Assembly: GCA_964016885.1 (NCBI GenBank)
Contig: OZ024742.1
Location: 284,456,001 to 284,520,000 of the forward strand
Reading direction: 5' to 3'
Source of the DNA: Eledone cirrhosa
Lineage: Eukaryota
Length of the DNA stretch: 64,000 nt
Shown in pieces: positions 41,801 through 57,057 of the stretch. A model generated the notes under the pieces. That model saw nothing but the letters and a program-made list of their open reading frames with translations. It was not told the DNA's origin and did no database searches. Each line of letters begins with the position of its first letter. Positions within the stretch are counted from its first letter, which is position 1. Both the position numbers and the translations under genes were made by a program.

Positions 41801-42080
41801 GAGCTGTACGGGAGCCTCCCAAAAGTCAGCTCAAAAGTGACACAGAGGAGATTGAGGTTAGCTGGACATGCTCACCGACATCCAGAGTTGACACTGCACT
41901 CAGTGCTCTTGTGAGAGCCCCTGCATGGACACACTGGAAGAGGAAGACCGAGGCTAACATGTTGATGCCCTAAGGACAGACACTGGTCTGTTGGAGACGC
42001 AGGACATGGCAGCGATAATGAAGGACAGAGACCGCTGGAGAGAACTCGTCCATGGATCTCGGGAATTTTACCCGCCCTAG
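38857..42080 (+). mobile_element. Degraded full-length RTE-clade LINE in (TA)n
   Basis: APE (ILNVRT, IQEHR, AYSPT, GSDHR), RT (PVPKKGD, IDFRKAFDSV, GVLQGD, FADD) and RLRLAGH; multiple stops and frameshifts. Confidence 0.9.
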
Positions 42081-42125
42081 ATATATATATGTTATTGAAT
42101 AAAGTGAAAGGAGGCCGGACGTTTA

Positions 42126-42210
<85 letters not shown>

Positions 42211-42596
42211 TTTGCATAGCTAATGATATACGGTATGTTTACGAATAAACATTTGAAAGCCTTTAGCTATGAATTTTGGAAACTGGTGGCGGGGCGCCTT
42301 CTAGCGAGTTCCAGCAGAAACAAGAGGAAATTACCGATAGCCGTTTCTGATGGACATTATCAAGGTAATGCTCCCCTTTCCCTCGTTTTCTGCTGGAACT
42401 CAATATAGGCGAAAACATAGTTTTGACGCCTCTGTACATGGGCTGATTGGCACGCGGAACTGTAGGCTGGCTCGGCCTGAACTAGAAATAAAAAAGTATA
42501 TATAAATAATTTTTTAAGGTTTCCCCTTAAAAAATTGTTTTACATTTTGCCTTGTTTCCGTTCGTTGTCTTGTCCTCTCTTTGTTAATTTTTTAAC

Positions 42597-42639
<43 letters not shown>

Positions 42640-42642
<3 letters not shown>

Positions 42643-43463
42643 TGGCGGAATGGCCAGGTTGCCAGGTTGCCCAATGGTAAGTGGGCCCCAGGGGGACCAC
42701 GGTGACATAGCATGAGCCTACAGTAGCATTGCAGGGCCCACAGTAGAGGGGGGGGGGGGAGAAACGAGGTGCAACAGAAATGAAACGTGGATTACAGGTT
42801 AAAATATAGTCTAGATAGATGTGAAACAAAACGAGGATGTAGTTTATGGAACACCAAATGATTTAGAAGTCGACCTTAAGTAGGAGCAATAACATGGTCA
42901 AGGGGTAAATGTAAACTGAAAAAGTTAACCGGAAACCCTACTCCCGACCAGGATCGAACTTCAGACCACGATCACCACCGTCTATGATTCCTCCAACTAG
43001 GCCAACAAGAGTATAATGAATATTGATAATTATAAACATACTTTCAAAATCAAAGTTTAAAAGATGTGGTATCGTTCATGGCTTTCCTAGAGCTATTAGT
43101 AATATTTAGGGTCGACTTCTGGTCATTATTGAAAGTCTCTTTATGATCTGAGTTCAAATCCCGCCGAGGTTAACTTTGCCTTTCATTCTTACGGGGTCGA
43201 TAAAATAAAGTACCAGTAATGCACTGGGATAATTGCTGGCCTGGTGCCAAAAGTAGAAACAATTATTGAAAGTCTCTGGATTTCGCGAAATACATAATAT
43301 TTTTTATTGGAGAAGGTAAGATATTTTCCCGCAAAAATTTGATTGCACTGTTTTGTTTCCACTTATGTATTTTTCGAAAATGTTATTTATTCATTATAAA
43401 AATTAAACTATATGTAGGTGGGAACCCTTCATCTCGCGACCAATATTTTAAGAACTAGTCCGC

Positions 43464-43468
<5 letters not shown>
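42640..43468. mobile_element. MITE-like DNA element with short TIRs, containing a SINE A insertion (~43140-43267)
   Basis: agtggcgga (42641) ... tccgccact (43459-43467); (TA)n flanks; subterminal gggccc motifs. Confidence 0.55.
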
Positions 43469-43489
<21 letters not shown>

Positions 43490-43494
<5 letters not shown>

Positions 43495-43538
43495 AGTATG
43501 TATACATACATACATATATGTATACAGACGTACAGTAG

Positions 43539-43587
<49 letters not shown>

Positions 43588-43860
43588 GCACACATATATA
43601 TATGTACGTATGGATTCACCGAACATTTATTATAATGCTCGGTATGTTTGTAAACAAACATCCCGAATTAAGCCGTACAGTGTCTAGCAACCATCGAGCA
43701 TTATAATAAATGTTCGGTGAATCCATACGTACATATATATATATATATATACATACTACTGTACGTCTGTATACATATATGTATGTACGTATACATACTT
43801 ATATTTAAGTAACAGCCGTACTAAGAGTGAGAAATGAAATTTCGTTTTATTTTTTCCGTT
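43490..43860. repeat. Fold-back fragment of the PLE non-coding region at ~800-1030
   Basis: Inverted ggattcaccgaacatttattataatgctcg / cgagcattataataaatgttcggtgaatcc; shares ccgtactaagagtgagaaatgaaatttcg with 797-826. Confidence 0.7.
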
Positions 43861-43908
43861 TATATATATATATATATATACACATATATACACACACACA
43901 CACACACG

Positions 43909-43946
<38 letters not shown>

Positions 43947-43963
43947 CACACACACACACACAT

Positions 43964-44054
<91 letters not shown>

Positions 44055-44154
44055 TATATATAATGTCAATCATTGTAAGTTAGAATCTAACTAACATGGA
44101 AAAACCTATATTTAGGAATAAAGTAAGCCCAAATCATAGCAGATTCAAATATCA

Positions 44155-45265
<1,111 letters not shown>

Positions 45266-45277
45266 ATACAGATATAC

Positions 45278-45347
<70 letters not shown>

Positions 45348-47509
45348 TTATATAGACCACAGTGAGAAATTTTCAAATGGATTACTAAATGTAATTGCCA
45401 GTAAATAAAGAGTGGAAGCTTGTATTTCCCCCATACCACCTTCCCACATTATTTGCCTTCATTTATCTTTTAGTCTTTACTGGCTTCAACTTATTGGACT
45501 GGCCAAGCTTGTGCATGGCCTTTAAAGGATATTTAGTTAGAATATTGACCCCAGATAATATAATCAACCATAATAGTATGTCGTGTACGTATGTATGTAT
45601 ATAACTCCGCGGCTCAATAGTTACCGGTGATGTTGATCTTTTCTTCTTTTCAGGTTATAGCTACTGTCGCTCAGAGAGTGGGATTGGCTCAGTGCACAGT
45701 CTTTCCTCACTTTAAAAAAATCTTCACGCACAAGCATTGCATGATAGCATTAATTGATAATTATTAATAATATTATGTCGTGCAATGGCCATACTCGATA
45801 ACGAGGAGGCAGCCATCATCTATGTATGCATGTATTTTCCAGTTTGTATGATTGTTCATATATCCTGGTGTATGTTATTATAGACTGCTTGGGACCACTA
45901 GTTTACTTTATAAAAGGGACGAAAAAGAAAGTAACCAATTGTCAAGTCGGACCAAAAAGACTGTATTTCCACTTGTCTTTCCACTGCTGATACTCTTTGC
46001 CTGAACGCACGGAGCCAGATCACATATAGCAAAGCATCATAACCGACTCTTTAACAATTCCGTCAATCCACCGTCCATGAACTAGTACTTTAGTTATCAA
46101 CCCCGACAAGATGAGAAGCTAAATGGACCTCGGTGACATTTGAACTCGTGTGTAGAGAGTCTGAACAATTACTGAGGCATTCAATCCAAAGCTTTAACGA
46201 CTCTGCTTATTCGTTCTTTTTACAAGTTTAAATGCCAATCTCGTGTAAAAGTCGAACCCTGATTTTTGGCAAAAAAAATTTGGATTTTTCTGTGTTTAAA
46301 TATAAAATCGATCGTATTTATTCATTGACAACATATCAACATTTGTTACGATCAGGAATAAATAAAGCACGAACATCTAAAAATAGTATTTAGTGTTGAA
46401 CTTTACTTTGTAACTCAGTTTAGGTCAGTTACTGTATAGCTTTCGTGGGATACAGTTTTTTTCTTTTCCTTTTCTTTTGAAGGTCATTTTCAACTTTTGC
46501 TTATCCATAAAGTATTCTGAATTGGGGTGTTAATTTTAGCCCCTCGAAAGTAGTATCCATGTAATAGTTGACCCATGAATTTAACCTGGAAGCAGTCTGA
46601 AAAATTAGTTATTTATACGACTATATACAGTAATTATTCGTATTGCCAAAGCTTACAATACTACTATGCAAATTAAGACAAGCAAAGTTTACTCTAGCCC
46701 TCAAATCAAGTATCCAAAAAGTTTGGTATAAATACTGGTTCAGCAAATACTGAAAATTACATTGTGGGCCACTAAGGGTCATATTTATATCCCAATTGAG
46801 AGCTTGCTGGTAATAGTCGATAAGATACTCACGATAACTTTAAACCAATATCGTTTTTATAAGTCTTAAGGATGACATCATTGATACTCCTTAATGTGGT
46901 TGTAATGCAGATACAATATTGTTTTCAAATTTCTAGCTATACTGCATCCTGTTTAAATTCCTTTTCCTCTCTCTAAAATACCAACTAAATTCCCCTTAAA
47001 TCCTTTGCTATCGTCTTCAAGAAAAGAAGGACGTGGTGGATAATATGATATTAATGTGTAGAGAGGCAGGATGATCACAGCTGGAACTTCTTTCATTATA
47101 GGTCTACATGGGCGTTAACAAGATAACAGCACCACAACCTTCACCGGATACAATTTAATTGTTAATATTGTTATTTTGTAATTAATTTCCTATTCAGATA
47201 TAAATCTCACAAGTCCACGTCAACGTGTCAAGTGTCGTTCTTGTGTCAACACCAGATACTGTGTGATGGGTTCTTCATTCTGTCATAATTGTCTTTGTTT
47301 TGCAGCTTATGTTTATCAGCTCGTTTAGTTCGCAATTTATCATTCAAAATAACAGTTAATTTCGACGATAGTATATTTAACTTAATTTGTATGGTTTTCG
47401 TGTTGACTACTATTCACTCCTTCTGGATGGCATCTTGGACAAGTGTCTTTACCATAGCCTCTGATCGAATCGTTGTGAAGGAAATTTTTCGGAAGTCTAT
47501 GATTGACTG

Positions 47510-48386
47510 TACCTGAGATTCAAAGGTCTAGCCTCGTCACACACGGTGTCACGCTGAACCCCCCTGAAAATGACATTAAGAATATTGTTGTCTGTGGAAT
47601 ATTCAGCCACTCGAACGTTAATATCTCAAGCGGGCTGTTCTGTTAAGCAAACAACTGGAACACTCATCTTCGAAACCGAAAAAGATCCATCGGTAGAGAG
47701 TCGGACACCATGCTTTACAGCATAGAGTTACGGCCCTTTATGGTCTGAGTTCAAATCCCGCCGAGGTTAACTTCACCTTTCAACCTTACGAGGTCGATAA
47801 AATAAAGCACCAGTAACGTACTGGGGTAGATTTAATCGACTTTCCCCTCCCCCCCAAATTACTGGCCTTGTGCCTATACTAGATATCATTATTACTATCA
47901 TCAAAGCGCGGTGAATTGGCACTATCGGTAGAGGGTTGGACGCCATGCTTTCTAGCATAGTTACGTCTCTTTACTGTCTGAGTTCAAATCCCGCCGAGGT
48001 TAACTTTACCTTTCATCCTTACGGGGTCGATAAAATAAAGTACCAGTAATGTACTGGGTAATTGCTGGCCTTGTGCCAAAAGTAAAAACAATTATTACTA
48101 TCATCATTATTAAAGCATCAGTAATGCACTGGGGTAATTGTTGGCCTTGTGCCACAAGTAGAAACATTATTGTTATTATTATTTAAATTCTCTAGGGCGG
48201 TGGATTGGCAGTATCGGTAGAGGGTCGGCCGCCATGCTTTCCAGCATAGTTACGTCCCTTTACGATCTGAGTTCAAATCCCGCCGAGGTTGACTTTACCT
48301 TTTATCCTTACGGGGTCGATAGAATAAAGTACCAGTAATGCACTGGGTAATTGCTGGCCTTGTGCCTAAAGTAGAAACAATTATTT
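47510..48386 (+). mobile_element. Head-to-tail SINE cluster (family B fragment, three A copies, one A tail)
   Basis: A copies at ~47688-47890, ~47905-48096 and 48195-48386 with A box tggcagtatcgg and B box gagttcaaatcc. Confidence 0.85.
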
Positions 48387-49566
48387 TAATTCCCTGTTTT
48401 AAATGATGGTGAATTTATCCAGTCTTTTACATCCTTGAAATTATATATTCCTAGAATTCTTCGATTGTTTATGTTTAAGTCTCTAATTGGCTGCCTTCGT
48501 CTAACATAAAAGAACGGTTTACACTAATTGTAATTGATATATCCAGGTGAGCTCCAGGTATATCTATTGTGGGTATCTGTTCTAAATGTTGTGGGGGTGG
48601 GTGATACACATTGAAAAATGTTATTCCTTTTAAGGAAAGGAAAGGAGCCGATCGTCAGATCGGACCAAAGTAACAATGTTTCCATTGGTATTAGCATTAC
48701 TGATACTATCTGTCGGTCGCAACTCCTAGTAGAATGGGCCACATGAAATAAACTATTTTTCTCAAGAAAACAATGCGCCTCCCGGTCTAGAAGTCGAACC
48801 CATTACTATATGATTGTTAGTCCAACACTCTAGCCACAAAGCCACGTGATCGTTTAAATGTTAACGTACTTTTACTAAGGCAGTTAATTGCAGAGTCATT
48901 AGAGTGTCGGTAGCAGATGGTGTGATATTTATTCCGGTTTACTGCGTTTTGAGTTCAAATCCCGGCGAGGTCCACTTTGTCATTCATCCTTTCGGAGTCA
49001 ATAAAGAAAGTACTGCAACCATCCTCTCTCCCAATCTGTTATGTCTTGGATGTTCCGCTGGATGAAAGGTGGGAGGGCCGAGGTGTTTGCGTTTGCTCCA
49101 CGATTGCATAGGCACCTAAAACTCTTAGTAAAATCATGGTACTCTCCATTAAGAGTGGCAGCGGTACTCTTTTAACTAAAAATGCTCCCTTTGGTCATGA
49201 CTACCCATAGGTTTGCACCTGGAAGTTTTCTTTTCAAGGCATATACCAAGATAATATATTTTGTGTGAAGTCCAACTGTCGCCCATGCATGCAAGTCTCC
49301 TCTCTTCACGATATCGATGTTATTGTATAAGGGAATGGCAATGGCTGATAATGCTTGGAATCAGTATCGTTGCATCTCATTTTTTCCGGGTTGAACAAGT
49401 TGGTCATCCGGACTAACAAAACGTTAGTACCTGATATTGCACTGTTATAGTAACTGGCCTTAATAATTATATCTAAAATCGCCCTATGGACTTGAGTTTC
49501 TCTATACCTTGGATATCTTTACCAAACTACTACTACTACTACTACTACTACACACACACACACACA

Positions 49567-49635
<69 letters not shown>

Positions 49636-50306
49636 CGCTATTTCAGAGCACAAATACTAATACCTAATTTTTGCTGACCGGCAGTCGCTCTGTTTAATAA
49701 GCTCTTAAATATTACTGGAATTCTATAAAAAATCCAGCTTCTATAATTCTCAGCAGAGGCAAGGGAGTGTGTGGTCTTGATAAACGCTAACAATCGACAA
49801 ACAGACTGTCGATCACTCTCCTTTGTTTGTGCCGAGAATAAGTAAGTGACATAGTCACGATTTAAAACTCATAGCGAATGGTCTTCAAAATGTTTTTAAT
49901 TAAACATACAGTATATTGCTAAATATACTATACATATATATATATATACAAATGGAGGTACAGCATATTCGAAGCTCGAGCCGCAGCTAAGCCGACGAAT
50001 GCAATCAGAAGTGCAGCCAAACACTCGATAAGGTATAAAACCTTAGAGTAATAACAAACCTGGACCATCACTTCGATATTTTGCAATATCTCAGTTAGGT
50101 TTCTGTAAATCCGAAATCTACAAAATCCGCTTGCGGTGTATGCAAGTTATTGGTTCTGGAAGATCGAACAGAGGATTTACTTTCTCAACAGGCTTCCGTT
50201 CAGACGCCAGGCCGGTTGTGAGAGCATACTGAACCCGGTCATTGAAATGATCATAGTATAATAAACCTTTCAAGGATTTACACCAGTCCAGCCTCCTGTT
50301 ATTTTA

Positions 50307-50351
<45 letters not shown>

Positions 50352-50503
50352 GAAAATGAACGAACAAAACACAGGAGGCAATTGTACACAGTTATATTAG
50401 GTTTACGCTTGGTGGACGTGGAGGATATATATATATATATAAAACTGACCTTTCATATATATATATACATTTATAAACTAACCTTTCATATAAATGTATA
50501 TTA

Positions 50504-50581
<78 letters not shown>

Positions 50582-50619
50582 GTGTGTGTGTTGGACCTCT
50601 ATCAGATCAGTTGTGCGAA

Positions 50620-51042
50620 CTTGTTAATAAAATTAACGTACAAGTGGATGACACCCCATAGACATGTACATCCTTAACGTAGTTCTCAGGTAGATGTATC
50701 CTGACACATTGTGTGACATGTCTGCTCTTTATATAACAAATACAATTCATTTTGGGGGCAGCTGAGTGGACTGGAATAATGTGAAATAAAGTATCTAACC
50801 AGCAAACACTAAGACATGCGCCTTCATTTTTTAAATATGTAATATATAAATATATAATATATGTGTGTGTTTGTATTTGTTTGTGTGTGTGTGTGTGTGT
50901 GTATGTGTGTGTGTGTGTGTAGTAATGTGAAATAAAGTATCTTGCTCAAGGACACAACGCGGTGCCGGGACTCGAACTCACTAGCCATCAAACACTAAGA
51001 CTCGCGCCTACATTTTTTAAATATGTAATACATAGATACATA

Positions 51043-51073
<31 letters not shown>

Positions 51074-51201
51074 TAAATCCACCAATTAATGGTAGGGTCT
51101 AAACCGTATGAACCGGGGAACTACCCCCCAGAAACGATCGTAAAATAATGAGTTTCACTATGAATTAACCGTTTTTTGTTTAATTTCATTGTTTTACTAT
51201 T

Positions 51202-51258
<57 letters not shown>

Positions 51259-51480
51259 GTGTGTGTTTGTGTGCGCGCGCGTGTGTTTGTGTATGTAAGT
51301 GTGTATGTGTGTGTATGTGTGTGTATGTGTGTGTAGTAATGTGAAATAAAGTATCTTGCTCAAGGACACAACGCGGTGCCGAGACTCGAACTCACTAGCC
51401 ATCAAACACCAAGACTCGCGCCTTCATTTTTTAAATATGTAATACATAAATACATAATATATATATATATATGTGTATAT
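50620..51480 (-). mobile_element. SINE family B fragments, locally duplicated
   Basis: ~50920-51060 repeated at ~51335-51480. Confidence 0.7.
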
Positions 51481-52379
51481 ATATATGTGTTTGTGTAAGT
51501 GTATGTATGTGTGTATGTGTGTGTGTGCGTGCGTGCGCGCGTCGGTGTTCAGGGGCTATTTGCGTTATTTTCTGTATGTTGTGTATATGTGTAAGTCTTT
51601 GGGATTTGATTACATGTTTGTCTGCCTTTAGTAGAGGCGGTACTATAACCAATGAACTAAATCCGAGTCGTGTTTATCGCTAGTAGTAGAAAACTATATA
51701 TTTGTCTACGTCTCGTTTTCTTTTTTTCTTTTCTTTTCTTTTCTTTTCTTTTCCTTTTTTTTTACAATTCCCAAGCCACCTATTATTAAAGGAAATTATT
51801 TTTGTTTTCAAGCATACAGTCTACATACCTCTGTTTCTATTCTACCACCGTCCTGTATTTAAACTAACTATACAGAATATATAAAGTTGTGCACTAAGCA
51901 GCCGAAGTGTACGATAAAGTTATATCTGTATATATACAGTATAGATGTAACAAAGATTGCGTAAATATGTATGGTATGATATGGTATGGTCCCGTAACTC
52001 CTGATAAAATATTAACATACTGCGTTTCTTGACCATCCCTCTCCAGCTTCCAGAGAAAGATAGAAAGTGAGAGAGGGGAAATGAGAAAAGGATATAGAGG
52101 AAGAATCGACCCCAGTACAAGACAGTACTTTTTTTTATCGACCTCGAAAGGATTTGAATACCATAAAGCATTCTATCCGCCGTTCTAACGACTCTGCCAA
52201 TTCGCCGCCTTGCGTAAACATGTACGGTATATACATTTATACATTGTTAGTGTATAGGCGTGTAAACGTGCCAGTATATACATTTCCCTGTAAATTGAAA
52301 AAAATGATAGCGAAATGATGCTTTTATGATCGGGTTTTAGAGTAAAGTATTCTCTCCACTCCCTGAAGAGACGCATTCT

Positions 52380-52722
52380 TGATAGTAGGTGTGGAGGAAG
52401 ACTTATTATTACTCGATAAAGTGCGTAGCTCAGAAAGTCACTCCGAATTGAGAGATCACAACTCAAATACTATGGGCATGTGGTTCGAATATCTCAGTAA
52501 AGAATCCCTGGACAGATTTTACGGGCAAAACCAACTGATAGGAGACCCAGGGGTAGACCTCGAGCAAGATGGTTCGATAACATCCATGAGCTTGGCTGGT
52601 CTTGCTTGGAGATCCAGCCAGATCAGTTGGAGATGGCTGCTTCTGACAGGACCCGCTGGAAGGTGTGTTTGAGTACTCTGCACCACGACCCTCTCAGGAA
52701 TGAGTGAGCGAAGAAGAAGAAG
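52380..52722 (+). mobile_element. RTE LINE 3' remnant with (GAA)n tail
   Basis: IERSQLKYYGHVVR...RPRGRPRARWFDNI across frames. Confidence 0.65.
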
Positions 52723-52899
52723 ACAGGGAAATGCAAATATTTGCCATACTTACATATCTATATAGTAAACATGTATAAATCTATACACACATTCACGCAG
52801 TCTCTTCACTTCTATACTGTATATATACCGATTTAACTACACAGTGTCTCTGAATATGGAGTTGTATGTAAAAAAAAAAAAGCACATTGAACTGGACCT

Positions 52900-53340
52900 C
52901 CGTTAGTTTCGACGGCGATTGTTCCACAAAAACACAACAGCCTGCATGTTAAATAAATGCACAAGTGGCTGAGCATTCCATAAACACGGGTACAAAGTGA
53001 AACATATGACGATTTGTAACGAATCACATATTTTAATGTGTGTTGGACCTACGTCGGATTCGACGAGTGTTATAGTTGTTCGCACAACAGAATAGCTTGT
53101 TTGTGAAATTAACATGCAAGTAGCTTAGTGTTCCACAGATACGTGTACTCTTAACGTAGTTCTCAGGAAGAAGTACAGGTCATTTGAATTACAGATACAT
53201 CTTAATTTTGCCAGCTGAGTGAACTGGAGAAACGTGAAATAAAGGATCTTGTTCAAAGACATAATGCACCGCCAAAAATCGAACAAACAACCTCATGATT
53301 AGGAATCAAACACTCTAACTACTAAACCCCGCACCTTCAC
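52900..53340 (-). mobile_element. SINE family B copies
   Basis: Reverse complement of the 20321 body and head. Confidence 0.7.
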
Positions 53341-53829
53341 AAAGAACACATTACGAGTAAGTAGATTTCGATAAAATTTGTCACGATTTCTTATAAATCG
53401 CTAATCATTGAGATATGTGTGTGTCTATTTGTGTGTGTGTGTGTGTGCATATCTGTCTGTATATTTGTGTGTGTGTTTGGTGTTTAAAAAGTGCTAAGGA
53501 AACCACAACGTGTTATGTAAATATTTCATGGTAAATGTGTGTGACCTGACGGATGACGAGGGAGATTTTATGAAAGCCAGTTCACCTCGAAGGGGGCATT
53601 CTTGTGGCTGGTCATCTCCATCCCGATCGAATTCATTAGAAAATTGGTTCGATCTCAATGAGACAGGAATTATTAACAAGTGACAGCCTATAATTATTGG
53701 AACTAATTTACTCTTCTCAACACAATAAAAATACTGTATTTTTATATTTCTTCAACTTTAAATTGCAGTAGAGTGACAGTCATTCCAGCATCGGGCTAAA
53801 TGTCACGGTCTTTCTTTCGGCTCTCTGCA

Positions 53830-54028
53830 CTCTGAGAAGCCAACTTTGCCTTTCATTGAGCGTTAGACGCCATGCTTTGCAGCATAGAGTTATGAAACTT
53901 TTACGTTCTGAGTTCAATTCCCGCCGAGGTTCACTTTGCCTTTCATCCTTACGGGGTCGATAAAATAAAGTACCAGTAATACACTGGGGTAGTTGCTGGT
54001 CTCTTGTGCCAAAAGTAGAAACAATTAT
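53830..54028 (+). mobile_element. SINE family A
   Basis: B box and conserved tail. Confidence 0.8.
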
Positions 54029-54145
54029 TTCGTGGACTCACATATAAATATGTATCCATGCATATATATGTACGCATGTTTGTTGTGAAATCCAATATCA
54101 GTATGCAATACAGTGAAGTATAATATATACGTATGTACGCACCTG

Positions 54146-54240
<95 letters not shown>

Positions 54241-54353
54241 GTGGAACACTGGAAAGTAATATCCGTAGTAGTAGAGCACTCAGTCCAAAGGACGAGTTAG
54301 GTAGAAGTGGTTACACAACAGTTAGTTCACCATGTGTGTGTGTGTGTGTGTGC

Positions 54354-54387
<34 letters not shown>

Positions 54388-54391
<4 letters not shown>

Positions 54392-54605
54392 AACAAGTAT
54401 GACCCCGACGGCAGAGCTCAAGCCGTTTCGACGGCTATTTCTGGACGTATTTCTGGCTATATTTGCGTCCAGAAATAGCCGTCGAAACGGCTTGAGCTCT
54501 GCCGTCGGGGTCATACTTATTCCTATTACCCACTCTACTACTCTAAGTATTGAGTACTTTGGTGCGTTATGGTCCATCTGGTTCCTTACCACACCTCCTT
54601 CGTTA
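54388..54605. repeat. Fold-back element in (TA)n; family shared with 8580-8685 and 13370-13480
   Basis: Inverted arms ~54388-54447 and ~54466-54525; the right arm is extended by ~80 nt. Confidence 0.75.
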
Positions 54606-55003
54606 TATATATATATATATATGATAATAATGGAGCTGCGGCGTTGCAAATGGGTTACATATGAAAAAGTAAGTCCTTCGTCAGTGGCCTTCCAACCGCC
54701 CTAGGCATTTCATCACTTTAAAGGCCATATACCTCAGGTTGGTGCGAACAACGGCTAAAAAAAGTCGTTGGGACACGTAAATAAAGGGGACGCTAGGGTG
54801 AACAAACAAAATGGTTTAAGCAACAGAAAGTGAGAAGAAAGAGACAAGTCCCAGATTTCTATGAATATAAACTCGGTGAAATCGTGAACGAGAGACTAAA
54901 GACCATCAAACCTGGTTGAAATGTGAGCAAGGAAGGAATTTCGCCCAGGTCTAACGGGAGGAAGAAGGGGTCTGGTCTGCGAATTCGGTAAACATAAGTT
55001 CTC

Positions 55004-55051
<48 letters not shown>

Positions 55052-55151
55052 TGTAAATGGTCGGGATTTTACACATCTCTATACCCACTCCACATCCCAC
55101 CATATATTGAGTACTCACACGATTAGTGGTCTCCTCAGTCTCAGCACAGCA

Positions 55152-55255
<104 letters not shown>

Positions 55256-55854
55256 TATGGTATATGCGTGCGCTCCAAAATCTTAAACTAGTGTTTAGAA
55301 ATTGCTTGTATATTTCTATTTGTTTCTCTCAAATGATGTCTGATATTCTCATTGACATTCCTCGCTGGATCTGTGTCTCTCTGTGTGTATGCCAATGTAT
55401 ATATATGTGTGTGTGTGTGTGTGTGTCAGCGTGTTGTTAGGGTTATGTGCGTATGTATATACACACACACACATACACATACACACACGCACACACAGAT
55501 ATATGTGAGTGTGTCAGGTCGCACATGCGTGCTACTGGTAACATGTAGTCCAGTACAATCTGTCACATGGTCGGATCGTCGGTGACTAAACCAGCCACCC
55601 TACCAAGTTTGCTTGGTGAGGAGGGGTTGACTTTTGGAAATCCTACGAGATTAAAAATAAAACCTATTAAAGGGCAGATTAGCTCATGAGAATCAACATC
55701 CAATACCTAAGGTGTGTGGTTCAGTCAGTGGCGAAGAGTAACCTGGAAAGCAGGGCATCCAGTCCAATCGCCACGGCGGAAAGTGGGGCTGTGCAGCCTT
55801 AATTTTCCCTCTAAATGACCCTCCCGGTCAAAGCCGCATGTAGTGTTATATAGT

Positions 55855-56230
55855 ATGTGTGTGTGCGTGTGTGTTATCTTTTTATGCGTCTACGATTTAG
55901 TAAGCAGTCAAAATTCTGCTTGCCCCAAAGCTGTCGTGTGTTTGTGTCTATGTGTGTGTGTGTGTGCGTGTGTGTTATCTTTTTATGCGTCTACGATTTA
56001 GTAAGCAGTCAAAATTCTGCTTGCCCCAAAGCTGTCGTGTGTTTGTGTCTATGTGTGTGTGTGTGTGTGTGTGTGTTATCTTTTTATGCGTCTACGATTT
56101 AGTAAGCAGTCAAAATTCTGCTTGCCCCAAAGCTGTCGTGTGTTTGTGTGTGTGTGTTTGTGTGTATGTGTGTGTGTTATCTTTTTTTTGTGTCTATACG
56201 TTTTAGTAAGCAGCCAAAATTCTGCTTGCT
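55855..56230. repeat. ~100-bp tandem minisatellite (~3.7 units) with internal (GT)n
   Basis: Unit gttatctttttatgcgtctacgatttagtaagcagtcaaaattctgcttgccccaaagctgtcgtg. Confidence 0.9.
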
Positions 56231-56572
56231 TCAACCGACGCAATTGAGCAACTCATGCGTTGCATGCACGAACCCTTCGCCCCTGGGTTCAGTTGGTTCG
56301 TGACAAACTTTTGCATCAATCCTTTGTTATCCACATTTCCAAAAAAGTTTGGCTGGTTCAACACAAACCTTCACCTCTATAAACAATCCATTTGTGTGAG
56401 TAGCTGAACAGATCTACCAGTTCTATTTGATATTCCACAATTAACAAATAGCCAACTGGCGAGAGAGCAAAAGAGTGTGTGTTACAGGAAGTCCTTAGCT
56501 GGAACTCTACACAGTGGCGACCATCAAGTGATGGCCGCTCATGCACAAATATGAGCAATTTGTGGTGCTCGC

Positions 56573-56634
<62 letters not shown>

Positions 56635-56819
56635 GTAAGATGTTCTGATAGTAGCAAACTAATAGTTCATTGTGAAAACTTCAAACATCTTTCATCGTCC
56701 ATTTGAAATTGTTCTGGCACTTGAACTTTAACTTCACATTTCACCTGTAAGTAGCTGTTAAAAACTGGCTAATTGAAGAAAACATACTTTTTGATACAAA
56801 CCTTTTCAATCGCTTAGTT

Positions 56820-57057
56820 CCAAAAATACCGGTCGGTTTCCGACATGTTTGCGGTCGTACCCTTGGCAGTGGAGACTTCTGGTGTCCTCGTCCCTAGGGC
56901 TACCTCCCTACTCACCACCATAGGCGCTGAGCTGGCCAGCTGCAGGCGTGAGCCTCGCGAGTTAGAATGGCTCTTCCAGCGCGACTCTCTTGCCGTCCTC
57001 CCGGGAAACGCCTTTTCCATTCTGTCCGCCGGGGCTATGGGGAGGCCATCAATATGA
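56820..57057 (+). pseudogene. C-terminal restriction-like endonuclease fragment of a CRE-type non-LTR element
   Basis: VPLAVETSG...LLTTIG...EPRELEWLFQR.SLAVL.GNAFSI. Confidence 0.7.

Noticed and set aside
48195-48290. tRNA gene
   Set aside because: A/B boxes are present but there is no cloverleaf, and it is a multi-copy head with a conserved tail, i.e. a SINE.
55855-56230. Regularly spaced repeats resembling a CRISPR array
   Set aside because: The spacers are (GT)n variants rather than unique sequence, the context is eukaryotic, and there are no cas genes.
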